DNA of 32,000 nt from Kineococcus radiotolerans SRS30216 = ATCC BAA-149. Lineage in GTDB: Bacteria; Actinomycetota; Actinomycetes; Actinomycetales; Kineococcaceae. Below are positions 7,673 through 18,178 of the stretch, in pieces. Positions within the stretch are counted from its first letter, which is position 1; each line of letters starts with the position of its first letter. The DNA is taken from NCBI RefSeq assembly GCF_000017305.1, contig NC_009664.2, positions 2,340,001-2,372,000 of the forward strand. Direction: 5' to 3'. A model generated the notes under the pieces. That model did no database searches. It had not been told where the DNA came from and was given only the letters and a program-made list of their open reading frames with translations. The translations under genes were made by a program, and so were the position numbers.

Positions 7673-8116
7673 GTGGACGACCTGGACGGCGAGCTCCTCG
7701 AGACCCTGCGCTCGCTGCAGCAGCGCCTGCGCCGGCGCAGCCACGGCGACGTCGAGGACCTCGGCATCACCCCCGCCCAGGGCCACGTCCTGCGCGTCGT
7801 CGGCCGCTGCCCGCACCCGCCCCGCATGGGGGAGGTCGCCGCCCGGCTGCGGATCGCCCCCCGCTCCCTCACCGACCTCGTCGACCCCCTCGAGGAGGCC
7901 GGGCTGCTGCGCCGCACCCCCGATCCCGGCAACCGCCGGTCGCTGCTGCTGGAACCCACCCCCGCCGGGCACGGGGTGCTGGCGGAGCTGGGCCGCCGCT
8001 CCCGCGCCAGCGCCGCCGGGGCCTTCGCGGTCCTCGCCCCCGCGGACCGCCGCCGGCTGCTGGAGCTGCTGCGCCGCGTCGAGCAGGCCCTGGCCGACGA
8101 GCCCGAGGACGGCTGA
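7673..8116 (+). CDS. MarR family transcriptional regulator
   Basis: The winged-HTH core is ITPAQGHVLRVVGRCPHPPRMGEVAARLRIAPRSLTDLVDPLEEAGLLRRTPDPGNRRSLLLEPTPAG. The length is 147 aa. Confidence 0.85.
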   Translation: MDDLDGELLETLRSLQQRLRRRSHGDVEDLGITPAQGHVLRVVGRCPHPPRMGEVAARLRIAPRSLTDLVDPLEEAGLLRRTPDPGNRRSLLLEPTPAGHGVLAELGRRSRASAAGAFAVLAPADRRRLLELLRRVEQALADEPEDG

Positions 8117-8144
8117 AGCCCCACCGGCACCGCGACGGACTGGC

Positions 8145-8150
8145 TAGAGT
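8145..8150 (+). promoter_or_regulatory. -10-like hexamer TAGAGT upstream of the PAS-GAF-PP2C gene (leadered; SD GAGGAGG at 8171-8177)
   Basis: It is a TANNNT hexamer 38 nt upstream of GTG 8188. Confidence 0.3.
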
Positions 8151-8187
8151 CGGGCACCCCTGCGACCGGTGAGGAGGTCCCGCCGTC

Positions 8188-9831
8188 GTGCCCGCTCCCG
8201 ACCCCGGCCCCGACCTCCCCGGCGCCCTGCACTCCCTCCCCGCCGCCTACTACGCCCTCGACGGCGACCGCGTCCTGCGCCGGCTCAACGCCGAGGCCGA
8301 ACGCCTCGCCGGCCGCCCCCGCGCGCACCTCCTGGGCCGCCGCTGGGGCGACGTGTTCCCCCTCGCCGCGGGCTCCCAGGTCGACGCGGTGCTGCTCGAG
8401 GTGGCCCGGACCGGGCGCCCCGCCGGCGCCGAGCTGCTGCACCCCGCCCCCCTCGCGGTGTGGTGCTCGCTGCGCGCCTGGCCCGACGGGGAGGGGACCA
8501 GCGTCCTGCTGATGCCCGCCGCGGCCCGCCGGGCCCCCGAGGAGGCCGCCGGGCGCGCCGCGCTGCAGGTGCAGCTGCTCGCCGGGGTCGGGGCCCACCT
8601 GTCGGGGACCCTCGACGCCGAGACCGCCGTGGCCCGCCTCTCCGGCGTCCTCGTCCCCGTCCTGGGGGACTGGTGCCTGGTCACCCTGGTCGACGACCAG
8701 GGCGAGCTGCGCGACGTCGGGCACCAGCACGTCGACCCCGACCGCCAGGAGCTCCTGCGGGCCTACGCCGAGACCCGGATGTCCTCGCTGCGGGCCCGCG
8801 GCGGGGCCTCCTACGCCGCCCAGGCCGTCCGCAGTGGCCGCCCGGTGGTCCTGCCCGAACCCGCCGTCGACGCGATCAGCGCCGTCCTCGGCCCCGGTCC
8901 CGCCCGCGACCACGCCCGGGCGCTGGACCCGGGCTCGGCGATGCTGCTGCCGCTGCGCGCCCGCGGCCGCACGGTGGGCCTGGTCACCCTGGCCCGCGGG
9001 CGCGGTCGCCGCGGGTTCGACCCCGAGGACGTCGCCACCGCCTCCGGCGTCGCCGAGCGCGCCGCCCTCGCCCTCGACAACGCCCGCCTCTACGGGCAGC
9101 AGCAGCGGATCGCCGAGGGCCTGCAGCGGGACCTGCTGACCCCGCCCGCGCAGTCCCCGCGCTGGCAGACCGCGGTCCGCTACCTCCCCGCCGCGCAGGC
9201 CACCCAGGTGGGCGGGGACTGGTACGACGCGTTCCACCAGCCCGACGGCTCGACGATGCTCGTCATCGGCGACGTCATCGGTCACGACACCCGCGCCGCC
9301 GCGGCCATGGGCCAGCTGCGCAACCTGCTGCGCGGCATCGCCTTCGCCGCCCCCGACGGCCCCGCCGGCCTGCTCTCGCGCCTGGACGCGGCGATGGCGG
9401 GCCTCGGGGTGGGCACCCTGGCGACGGCCCTGGTGGCGCGCCTGGACCCCCGCCCCGACGGGGTGCTCCTGCGGTTCTCCAGCGCCGGGCACCCCGGCCC
9501 GGTGCTGCTGCGCCCGGGGCGGGGGGCGGTGCTCCTCGACGAGGGGGACGAGGAGCCGGACCTGCTGCTGGGCATCGACCCGACCACCGCGCGCCACGGC
9601 CGCGACCTGCTGCTCCGCGCCGGGGACACCGTCCTGCTCCACACCGACGGCCTCGTCGAGCGCCACGACCAGGGCCTCGACGTCGGCACCGACCGCCTGC
9701 TCGACGCGGTGTCGCGCCACGCCGGCCTCGGCCTGGAGGAGCTGTGCGACGCGCTGCTGCGGGAGCTGCTGCCCCCCCGCCCCGAGGACGACGTCGCCCT
9801 CGTCGCCGTGCGCGTCGGCGCGACGGGCTGA
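8188..9831 (+). CDS. PAS-GAF-PP2C (SpoIIE/RsbU-type) serine phosphatase
   Basis: The N-terminal PAS-like segment is YYALDGDRVLRRLNAEAERLAGRPRAHLLGRRWGDVFP. The GAF-like segment is VPVLGDWCLVTLVDDQGELRDVGHQHVDP...LPLRARGRTVGLVTLAR. The PP2C motifs are LQRDLLTPP..VRYLPAAQATQVGGDWYDAF, GDVIGHD and HTDGLVERHD. Confidence 0.85.
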   Translation: MPAPDPGPDLPGALHSLPAAYYALDGDRVLRRLNAEAERLAGRPRAHLLGRRWGDVFPLAAGSQVDAVLLEVARTGRPAGAELLHPAPLAVWCSLRAWPDGEGTSVLLMPAAARRAPEEAAGRAALQVQLLAGVGAHLSGTLDAETAVARLSGVLVPVLGDWCLVTLVDDQGELRDVGHQHVDPDRQELLRAYAETRMSSLRARGGASYAAQAVRSGRPVVLPEPAVDAISAVLGPGPARDHARALDPGSAMLLPLRARGRTVGLVTLARGRGRRGFDPEDVATASGVAERAALALDNARLYGQQQRIAEGLQRDLLTPPAQSPRWQTAVRYLPAAQATQVGGDWYDAFHQPDGSTMLVIGDVIGHDTRAAAAMGQLRNLLRGIAFAAPDGPAGLLSRLDAAMAGLGVGTLATALVARLDPRPDGVLLRFSSAGHPGPVLLRPGRGAVLLDEGDEEPDLLLGIDPTTARHGRDLLLRAGDTVLLHTDGLVERHDQGLDVGTDRLLDAVSRHAGLGLEELCDALLRELLPPRPEDDVALVAVRVGATG

Positions 9832-9908
9832 GCCCCGGCCCGGTCCGGCGCGGGGCCGGATCGGCTCTCCAGCGCGCTGGGCCCGGCGACCGGGAGCAGG
9901 GTGGGGGC

Positions 9909-10082
9909 ATGAGCACACCGAACGACGCCCCCGGACCCGAGACCACCCCGGACACCGACGCCGACCCCGGCCAGCTGAACCCCCGCGACCTGCGCGACGT
10001 CCCCAGCGAGGACGGCGTCCGCGACGACCAGGGCACCGACGCCGACGCCGACCCCGAGCAGCTCAACCCGCGCGGGAACTGA
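9909..10082 (+). CDS. Small (57 aa) highly acidic, probably disordered protein with the internal repeat DADP(G/E)QLNPR
   Basis: ATG 9909 is preceded by GGGAGCAGGGTGGGGG. 54 of 56 third positions are G/C, which argues for real coding. I recognised no family. Confidence 0.45.
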   Translation: MSTPNDAPGPETTPDTDADPGQLNPRDLRDVPSEDGVRDDQGTDADADPEQLNPRGN

Positions 10083-10085
10083 CCC

Positions 10086-11198
10086 TCACCCGCCCAGCAC
10101 GAGCGCCAGGTGCAGGGCGAGGCGGTCGCGGCCGTCGTCCAGGACGTAGCCGCTGACCGCCTCGACCCGGCGCAGCCGGTGGTAGAGCGTCTGCCGGTGG
10201 ATCGACAGCGCCGCCGCGGTGCGCTGGGCGCTGCCGGCGAGGTCGAGGTAGGTCCGCGCGGTCAGGGCGAGCTCGGGCTCGGCGGCCAGCAGCCGCCGCG
10301 CCCGCTCGTCGCGGACGGCGGCGCCCAGGGTCACGGGGTCGGCCACCGCGTTCAGCCGCAGCGCCCCCAGCCGCTCCCACTCCCGCATCCCCGCGCCGCC
10401 GGAGCGCAGCGCCGCGTCGGCCTGCTGCCAGCCCGTGTGGGCGTCGCCGGCCGCGACCGGCCCGGACACCCCGACGGCGAGGCCGGCGGGGTGCTGCGAC
10501 GACAGCGCCGCCGCGGCCCGCTCGGCGACCTCGCGCGCCCCCAGCGGGGCGGGGACGACCAGGGCCGCGCGGTGCCCGACCGCGGCGACGAGCACGGACC
10601 GCGGCAGCAGCCACCCGTTGACCACCCCGGCCGGCCCGCCGTCGACGGGGGCCAGGGCCACGACGGACACCGTCGCGGGCAGCAACCCGTCGCGCTGCAG
10701 CTCCTCCGCGGCGCGGGCCCGGGAACCGGCCTCGGTGGAGAGCAGCTCCCCGACCGCCCAGGTGGTGCGGTCCGCGGCCCGCGCCCGGGTCGCCAGGTGG
10801 GCCGCGACGAGGTCGAGGGCGTCGTGCAGGCGCTCCAGGTCCTCGACCCGGACCCGGTCGTGCGGGTCCAGCAGCCACAGGTAGCCGTAGGTCACCCCCC
10901 GCCAGCGCACCGGCAGGCACCACCGCGGCAGCCGGCCGACCGCGGGGTCGCCGGGGATGCGCAGCGGCCCCGTGGCGCGGGCGATGCCGAAGCCGGCGAA
11001 GAGGCGCTGCACGAGGGGGTCCGAGCGCCGGCGCAGGATCGAGCTGCGCCGCACGTCGTCGATGACGTCGTCGTGGCCGGAGGAGGCCACCAGCAGCAGG
11101 TCGCGGTCCTCCAGGGTCACCGGCGCCCCGGCCGCCTCGGCGATCGCGTCCACGAGGTCCTGCACCTGGTCGGCGGCGTTCACCCCGGCATCATCCAC
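10086..11198 (-). CDS. PucR-family transcriptional regulator (PruC-like, proline utilisation context)
   Basis: The C-terminal PucR HTH is ALTARTYLDLAGSAQRTAAALSIHRQTLYHRLRRVEAVSGYVL. It lies divergent to proline dehydrogenase. The start is set at GTG 11198 (uncertain). The track ORF extension to 12080 runs antisense through the proline dehydrogenase gene. Confidence 0.75.
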   Translation of the reverse strand: MDDAGVNAADQVQDLVDAIAEAAGAPVTLEDRDLLLVASSGHDDVIDDVRRSSILRRRSDPLVQRLFAGFGIARATGPLRIPGDPAVGRLPRWCLPVRWRGVTYGYLWLLDPHDRVRVEDLERLHDALDLVAAHLATRARAADRTTWAVGELLSTEAGSRARAAEELQRDGLLPATVSVVALAPVDGGPAGVVNGWLLPRSVLVAAVGHRAALVVPAPLGAREVAERAAAALSSQHPAGLAVGVSGPVAAGDAHTGWQQADAALRSGGAGMREWERLGALRLNAVADPVTLGAAVRDERARRLLAAEPELALTARTYLDLAGSAQRTAAALSIHRQTLYHRLRRVEAVSGYVLDDGRDRLALHLALVLGG

Positions 11199-11261
11199 CT
11201 GGATGACGACCGGGGGCGAAGGCGTGACGATCGTCGGTGGCCCCAGAGCCCCGGGGAGTCC

Positions 11262-11267
11262 TAGCGT
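11262..11267 (+). promoter_or_regulatory. -10-like hexamer TAGCGT, exactly 6 nt upstream of the proline dehydrogenase GTG (predicted leaderless)
   Basis: The sequence reads TAGCGT-cgaggg-GTG(11274). There is no SD. Confidence 0.45.
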
Positions 11268-11273
11268 CGAGGG

Positions 11274-12194
11274 GTGTTCGGACAACTCCTCCTCGGCGTC
11301 GCCGGCAACCGCGGCGTGCGGTCCCTGGTGACCGGCAGCAGCCTCAGCCGCCCCGTCGTCGCCCGCTTCGTCGCCGGTGACGACGTCGACGCGGCCACCG
11401 CGGCCGTGCGCACCCTCACCGGTGACGGCATCGCCGCCACCCTCGACCGCCTCGGGGAGGACGTCACCGAGGAGGCCCAGGCCGACGAGACCGTCGCCGG
11501 CTACCGCGACCTCGTCGAGCGCCTCGCCGCCGAGGGCCTCGCCGCCGGCAACGAGATCTCGATCAAGCTGTCCGCCCTCGGGCAGGGTCTGGGCCGCAGC
11601 GGCCCGCAGCGCGCCACCGAGCGCGCCCACGACCTCGCCGCGCACGCCCGCGAGCACGGCGTCGACGTCACGGTCGACATGGAGGACCACACCCGCGTCG
11701 ACGACACCCTGACGACCGTCGCCGCCCTGCGGGCGGACTTCCCCCGCACCGGGTGCGTGCTGCAGGCCATGCTGCGCCGCACCGAGGGCGACGCCCGCGA
11801 CCTGGCCGTCGCCGGCTCGCGGGTGCGGCTGGTGAAGGGGGCCTACAACGAGCCCCCGGAGGTCGCGTACCCGGCGAAGGCCGACGTCGACAAGGCCTAC
11901 GTCCGCTGCCTGCGGACCCTCCTCGACGGCGGCGCCTACCCGATGATCGCCACCCACGACCTGCGGATCGTGAACCTCGCGGAGGAGCTCCTGCGCGGGC
12001 GCGACGCGGGCACCGCGGAGTTCCAGATGCTCTACGGCATCCGCGCCCCCGAGCAGCAGCGCCTGGCCCGCGCCGGGCACGTCGTCCGCGTCTACGTCCC
12101 CTACGGCACCGACTGGTACGGCTACTTCTCCCGCCGCCTGGCCGAGCGCCCCGCCAACCTCGCCTTCTTCGCCCGCTCCCTCGTCGCCGGCTGA
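11274..12194 (+). CDS. Proline dehydrogenase (monofunctional PutA-type PRODH)
   Basis: 306 aa. The segments GIAATLDRLGEDV, ISIKLSALGQ, VTVDMEDHTRVDDTL, RLVKGAY and FQMLYGIR are typical of the PRODH TIM barrel. Confidence 0.9.
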   Translation: MFGQLLLGVAGNRGVRSLVTGSSLSRPVVARFVAGDDVDAATAAVRTLTGDGIAATLDRLGEDVTEEAQADETVAGYRDLVERLAAEGLAAGNEISIKLSALGQGLGRSGPQRATERAHDLAAHAREHGVDVTVDMEDHTRVDDTLTTVAALRADFPRTGCVLQAMLRRTEGDARDLAVAGSRVRLVKGAYNEPPEVAYPAKADVDKAYVRCLRTLLDGGAYPMIATHDLRIVNLAEELLRGRDAGTAEFQMLYGIRAPEQQRLARAGHVVRVYVPYGTDWYGYFSRRLAERPANLAFFARSLVAG

Positions 12195-12220
12195 ACCCCC
12201 CCAGGAACCAGGAGTCCGAC

Positions 12221-13855
<1,635 letters not shown>

Positions 13856-13913
13856 CCCGGGCGCGGGGCTGCTCGAGGTGTGGTCCCGCGCCGCCGGGGG
13901 TACACCTGTGACC

Positions 13914-14387
13914 ATGAGCCAACCCACCACGGGGTCCACCCGGATCGACGACCTGAGCGTCACCACGGGGTCGAGCCCGGCCGCGCGCCCGGCGCCGGCC
14001 CACGGGGACGAGTCCGTCGGGCAGTTGGTCAGCCAGCTCACCGAGCAGGTGTCGCGGCTGGTGCGCGACGAGGTCCAGCTCGCCAAGGTGGACCTGGCCG
14101 AGAAGGGCAAGAAGGCCGGGACCGGCCTGGGCATGTTCACCGGGGCCGGGCTGCTGGCCTTCTTCGGCGTCGGCGCCCTGGTCACCACGGCGATCCTCGC
14201 CCTCTCGCACGCGGTGAGCGGCTGGCTGGCCGCGCTCATCGTCGCCGTCGTGCTCTTCGCGCTCGCCGGGGTCCTGGCCCTGATGGGCAAGAAGGAGGTC
14301 CAGCAGATCGGCTCGCCCGTCCCGCAGGCCGCCGTGGACGGGATCAAGGAAGACGTGCAGACCGTGAAGGAGGGGTTCAAGCGATGA
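13914..14387 (+). CDS. Phage-holin-family-like membrane protein (actinobacterial holin-X / DUF1469-type)
   Basis: The amphipathic segment SVGQLVSQLTEQVSRLVRDEVQLAKVDLAEKGKKAG is followed by two TM helices (GMFTGAGLLAFFGVGALVTTAILAL and WLAALIVAVVLFALAGVLALMG). Confidence 0.75.
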   Translation: MSQPTTGSTRIDDLSVTTGSSPAARPAPAHGDESVGQLVSQLTEQVSRLVRDEVQLAKVDLAEKGKKAGTGLGMFTGAGLLAFFGVGALVTTAILALSHAVSGWLAALIVAVVLFALAGVLALMGKKEVQQIGSPVPQAAVDGIKEDVQTVKEGFKR

Positions 14388-14716
14388 GCCACCCCACGAC
14401 CCCGCCCACGCCCCCGGTGCCCACCGACCGCGCCGAGCTCGAGCGCGACATCGCGCAGACCCGCGCCCGGCTGGCCGAGACCGCCGACGCCCTCGCGGCC
14501 AAGGCCGACGTCAAGGGCCAGGCCCAGGCCAAGGTGGAGGACCTCAAGGCCACCGCGCAGCACCGCGTCGAGGACGTCAAGGCCCAGGCCACCGCGAAGG
14601 TGCAGGGCGTCAGCGCCGGCGCCCCGGGGACGGGCAAGCAGCAGACCGGGGTGCTCGTCGGGGTCATCGTCGCCGCGACCGCGCTGGCCGTCTGGCTGGT
14701 CGTCCGCGAGCGCTGA
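14384..14716 (+). CDS. DUF3618-type protein (coiled-coil N-terminus, C-terminal TM anchor)
   Basis: The segment RAELERDIAQTRARLAETADALAAKADVKGQAQAKVEDLK is followed by the TM helix VLVGVIVAATALAVWLVV. An ATGA start/stop overlap links it to the upstream gene. Confidence 0.7.
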   Translation: MSHPTTPPTPPVPTDRAELERDIAQTRARLAETADALAAKADVKGQAQAKVEDLKATAQHRVEDVKAQATAKVQGVSAGAPGTGKQQTGVLVGVIVAATALAVWLVVRER

Positions 14717-14722
14717 GGCGCC

Positions 14723-14748
14723 GGGGACGGGGCGCGCGCCCCGTCCCC
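14723..14748. terminator. Perfect 26-bp GC-rich palindrome GGGGACGGGGCGC|GCGCCCCGTCCCC between convergent genes (bidirectional terminator candidate)
   Basis: I read it directly. It lies 7 nt after the stop at 14716 and 8 nt before the stop at 14756. There is no U-tract. Confidence 0.55.
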
Positions 14749-14755
14749 TCCCCGC

Positions 14756-15793
14756 TCAGCCGACGTGCTCGCGCACCAGCGGCGCGACCTCGGTCCCGAG
14801 CAGCTCGATGGCCTTCAGGACGTCCGCGTGCGGCATGGTCCCGGCGCTGACGTGGAGCATGAACCGGTCGATGCCGAGCTGCTCGTGCTGCGCGACGATC
14901 TTCTCCGCGACCTCCTCGGGGTTCCCGACGAGCAGCGCGCCGCGGCGGCTGCGGGCGGCCTCGTAGCTGGTGCGGGAGAAGTGGTTCCAGCCGCGCTCGC
15001 GGCCCAGGCCGTTCATCACCGCCTGGTAGGGGCGGAAGTGGACGTCGGTGGCCCGCTGGGTGGTGGGGGCGACGAACCCGTGGGAGTGGGTGGCGACCCG
15101 CAGCGTCGAGGGGTCGTGCCCGGCGCGGCGCCCGGCCTCGCGGTACAGCTCGGCCAGCGGGGCGAACTGCTCGGGCATCCCGCCGATGATGGCGATGGCC
15201 AGCGGCAGCCCGAGGGTGCCGGCGCGCACGACGGACTGCGGGTTGCCGCCGACGGCGATCCACACCGGCAGCGGGCTCTGCACGGGGCGGGGGAAGACGC
15301 CGAGGCCGGGGATCGCGGCGCGGTGCTTGTCCCCGGCCCAGACGACGTGGTCGGGGTCCTGCCGGATCGCCAGCAGCAGGTCGAGCTTCTCGGCGTAGAG
15401 GTCGTCGTAGTCCTCGAGGTCGTAGCCGAAGAGCGGGAACGACTCGATGAACGACCCGCGCCCGGCCATGATCTCCGCGCGGCCCCCCGAGAGCCCGTCG
15501 AGGGTGGCGAACTGCTGGAAGACCCGGACGGGGTCGTCGGAGCTGAGGACGGTCACGGCGCTGGAGAGCCGGATGCGCGAGGTGCGGGAGGCGGCGGCGG
15601 CCAGGACCACGGCGGGCGCGGACGCGGCGTAGTCGGGGCGGTGGTGCTCGCCGAGGCCGTAGACGTCGAGGCCGACCTGGTCGGCGAGGACGATCTCCTC
15701 CACGACCTGCCGCAGCCGTTCGGCGTGGCTGACGAGCTCCCCGGTCCCCGGGTCCGGGGTGGTCTCCGCGAACGCGCTGACGCCGATCTCCAC
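14756..15793 (-). CDS. LLM-class (luciferase-like) flavin-dependent oxidoreductase
   Basis: 345 aa. The segments [39 protein letters not shown] and [20 protein letters not shown] are typical of the LLM family. SD GAGGAG lies upstream of GTG 15793. Confidence 0.9.
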   Translation of the reverse strand: MEIGVSAFAETTPDPGTGELVSHAERLRQVVEEIVLADQVGLDVYGLGEHHRPDYAASAPAVVLAAAASRTSRIRLSSAVTVLSSDDPVRVFQQFATLDGLSGGRAEIMAGRGSFIESFPLFGYDLEDYDDLYAEKLDLLLAIRQDPDHVVWAGDKHRAAIPGLGVFPRPVQSPLPVWIAVGGNPQSVVRAGTLGLPLAIAIIGGMPEQFAPLAELYREAGRRAGHDPSTLRVATHSHGFVAPTTQRATDVHFRPYQAVMNGLGRERGWNHFSRTSYEAARSRRGALLVGNPEEVAEKIVAQHEQLGIDRFMLHVSAGTMPHADVLKAIELLGTEVAPLVREHVG

Positions 15794-15832
15794 GAGGTGC
15801 TCCTCAGTCGCCCAGAAGTGCTTGAAGTCTCA

Positions 15833-15838
15833 ATCATA
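15833..15838 (-). promoter_or_regulatory. -10-like hexamer TATGAT (minus strand) upstream of the LLM gene
   Basis: It is a TANNNT hexamer in the only AT-rich patch of the intergenic region. A CTGGAC -35-like hexamer lies 17 nt upstream. The implied 5'UTR is about 33 nt and contains the SD. Confidence 0.35.
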
Positions 15839-15937
15839 CGTCACGGGGGTGCCGCCGTCCAGGGGGCGCGCCCCCGCGCCCGCGGCGCCGGGTCCCCCAC
15901 CGGCTCGAGGTGGCGAGCCCCGATCCCCGACCCCGGC

Positions 15938-15943
15938 TAGATT
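15938..15943 (+). promoter_or_regulatory. -10-like hexamer TAGATT, exactly 6 nt upstream of the GTG of the second PAS-GAF-PP2C gene (predicted leaderless)
   Basis: The sequence reads TAGATT-gcgctg-GTG(15950). There is no SD. Confidence 0.45.
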
Positions 15944-15949
15944 GCGCTG

Positions 15950-18010
15950 GTGAAGCGTCTGCCGTTCGGGCCCGCGGCGGAGCTCCGCGCGGCCTACGAG
16001 GCCGTCGACTGGGCCTCCACGCCCCTCGGCGAGCCGTCGGGTTGGCCACCGGTGCTGCGCCGGGCCCTGGAACTGGCCCTGGAGACCCGCTTCGCCGTCC
16101 TCCTCTGCTGGGGCCCCGAGCTCACCATGGTCTACAACCAGGCCTACGGGGAGGTCATCGGCAGCAAGCACCCCGACGCGCTGGGGCGCCCCGTGAGCGA
16201 GGTGTTCCCCGAGGCGTGGGACGAGCTCGGGCCGCTGTTCGCCTCCGCCCAGGCCGGGGACGCCGTCTGGTTCGCCGACCTGCCCGTGATGCTCGAGCGC
16301 GACGGCTTCCTGGCGGAGACGTTCTTCACGTTCTCCTACTCCCCGGTCCGCGACCAGGACGGGTCGATCGCCGGGGTCATGGACATCGCCGTGGAGACGA
16401 CCCGCCAGGTCCAGGACCACCGCCGCCTCGAGCTGCTGACCCGCCTCGGCGACCTCGCCACCGAGCTCCAGCCGCCGCTGGAGCTGGCCAAGCGCGCGCT
16501 GGACGTGCTCTCCACCGCCTCCGCGGACCTGCCCGCCGTCGACCTCCAGCTGCCCGGCGGCGAGTCGTTCCTCCCCCCGCCGCCCGCGGAGCTGAAGCCC
16601 CGCCAGGTCCTGGTCCGCGAGGACGGCGCGGGCTCGCGGCTGGCCTGGGTGCGCATTCCCGCCGCCCTGGGCGGCGCCTCGCCCGGGGTGATGGTCGCCC
16701 GGCTCAGCGACGTCGTCGCCGTCGACGCCACCTACCTCGACTTCCTCCGCCTGGTCGCCGCCACCGTCGGCGACGCGCTCTCGGCCGCGGCCTCCTTCGA
16801 GGCCGAGCGCCGCCGCGCCGACCTGCAGGAGTGGCAGGCGCAGCGCCTGGCCGGGCTGGTGGCCGTCGCGCAGGCCCTGCCCGACGCCGAGGAGGAGAGC
16901 GACGTCCTGCACGTCCTCGCCCGCGGGGCCGTGGGCCTGCTCGGCTCCGACGGGATCGTGCTGGGCGTCGTGGAGGACCGCGTCCTGCGGGTGCTGGGGG
17001 ACGAGGCCGACCCCGCCGCGGCGCTCCTGCCCCGCGCCCTGCGCGGTGCCCCCGTCCGCGAGGGGGACGGCACCGCGACGAGCGCGGCGTGGCCGCTGCG
17101 CCTGACCGACCGCGTCATCGGTGCCCTCGGGCTGTCCTGGCGCGGGGAGCGGGAGCTGACCTCCGAGGACACCGACCTGCTCAACGCGCTCGCCGCCTCC
17201 ACCGCCCAGGCACTGGACCGGGTGCGGGCCCTGCGCGCCGAGCGGCAGGCCGCCGCCGCCGTCCGCAGCCTCGCCGAGACCCTGCAGCGCAGCCTGCTGA
17301 CCTCCGCGCCCCAGCCCGAGCACCTCGACATCGCCGTCCGCTACCTGCCCGCCGCCGAGCACGCCCAGGTCGGCGGAGACTGGCACGACGCCTTCCTCAC
17401 CGCCTCCGGCACCGCCTGCCTCGTCATCGGCGACGTCACCGGCCACGACCAGGACGCCGCCGCGGCCATGGGGCAGGTCCGCAACCTGCTGCGCGGCATC
17501 GGGTACTCCCTGGAGGTGTCCCCGGCGGCGGCGCTGGCCGCCCTCGACCGCGCCATGCGCGACCTCGGGGTCGGCGCCCTCGCCACCGGGGTCCTCGCCA
17601 CCGTCGAGCCCCTGGAGGGTTCGTCCGCTTGGCGGCTGCGGTGGTCCAACGCCGGTCACCCCCCGCCGCTGGTGGTCTCCCCGGACGGGTCGGTCGAGCT
17701 GCTGCGCACCTCCCCGGACCTGCTCCTGGGGCTGGAGGCCGGGTTCGTCCGCGCCGACCACGTCCACGGGCTGCCGCCGGGGGCGACGGTGCTGCTCTAC
17801 ACCGACGGTCTCATCGAGCGGCGCGGCGCGAGCCTGGACGAGGGGCTGGCCTGGCTGGCGGGCACCGTCGCCGGGTTCGCCGGCCTCTCCCCGGCCGAGC
17901 TGTGCGACGAGGTCCTGCAGCTGGTGGCCGGCCACGCCGAGGACGACGTCGCCGTCCTGGCCGTGCGGGTGCGCCCCGAGCCCACCCCGGTGGTCCTCGC
18001 CGTCTCCTGA
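15950..18010 (+). CDS. PAS - GAF(-like, probably two) - PP2C (SpoIIE/RsbU-type) serine phosphatase
   Basis: The N-terminal PAS-like sensor is GWPPVLRRALELALETRFAVLLCWGPELTMVYNQAYGEVIGSKHPDALGRP...TFSYSPVRDQDGSIAGVMDIAVETT. The central GAF-like region contains WPLRLTDRVIGALGLSW. The PP2C motifs are LQRSLLTSAPQPEHLDIAVRYLPAAEHAQVGGDWHDAF, GDVTGHD and YTDGLIERR. Confidence 0.85.
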   Translation: MKRLPFGPAAELRAAYEAVDWASTPLGEPSGWPPVLRRALELALETRFAVLLCWGPELTMVYNQAYGEVIGSKHPDALGRPVSEVFPEAWDELGPLFASAQAGDAVWFADLPVMLERDGFLAETFFTFSYSPVRDQDGSIAGVMDIAVETTRQVQDHRRLELLTRLGDLATELQPPLELAKRALDVLSTASADLPAVDLQLPGGESFLPPPPAELKPRQVLVREDGAGSRLAWVRIPAALGGASPGVMVARLSDVVAVDATYLDFLRLVAATVGDALSAAASFEAERRRADLQEWQAQRLAGLVAVAQALPDAEEESDVLHVLARGAVGLLGSDGIVLGVVEDRVLRVLGDEADPAAALLPRALRGAPVREGDGTATSAAWPLRLTDRVIGALGLSWRGERELTSEDTDLLNALAASTAQALDRVRALRAERQAAAAVRSLAETLQRSLLTSAPQPEHLDIAVRYLPAAEHAQVGGDWHDAFLTASGTACLVIGDVTGHDQDAAAAMGQVRNLLRGIGYSLEVSPAAALAALDRAMRDLGVGALATGVLATVEPLEGSSAWRLRWSNAGHPPPLVVSPDGSVELLRTSPDLLLGLEAGFVRADHVHGLPPGATVLLYTDGLIERRGASLDEGLAWLAGTVAGFAGLSPAELCDEVLQLVAGHAEDDVAVLAVRVRPEPTPVVLAVS

Positions 18011-18178
18011 GGCGGCGGCCGCGCCCCCGGGCCGCGCTACTGTCGAGGGCCGGGGCGGAGCGTGCGCCCCGGGCACCGTCCGGGTCCAGGAACGGCCCGC
18101 GCACCAGCCCGCAGACCCCGCCACCGCGGGTCGCCGCCGCGCGGCCCCCCGGGACCGGGCAGAGCATTGGACACCGTC

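Noticed and set aside
11199-12080. N-terminal extension of the PucR ORF to 664 aa
   Set aside because: The extension is antisense to the well-supported proline dehydrogenase gene and has a low-complexity composition. The PucR-like sequence begins only near 11198.
13914-14387. Holin gene as evidence of a prophage or lysis cassette
   Set aside because: No endolysin, spanin, terminase, portal or tail genes are present. The flanking genes are metabolic (pruA, LLM oxidoreductase).
15840-15937. C-run-rich intergenic stretch as a possible 6C-like sRNA or riboswitch
   Set aside because: C and G runs are common at this GC content. I could not identify a conserved loop or stem pattern of any family I know.
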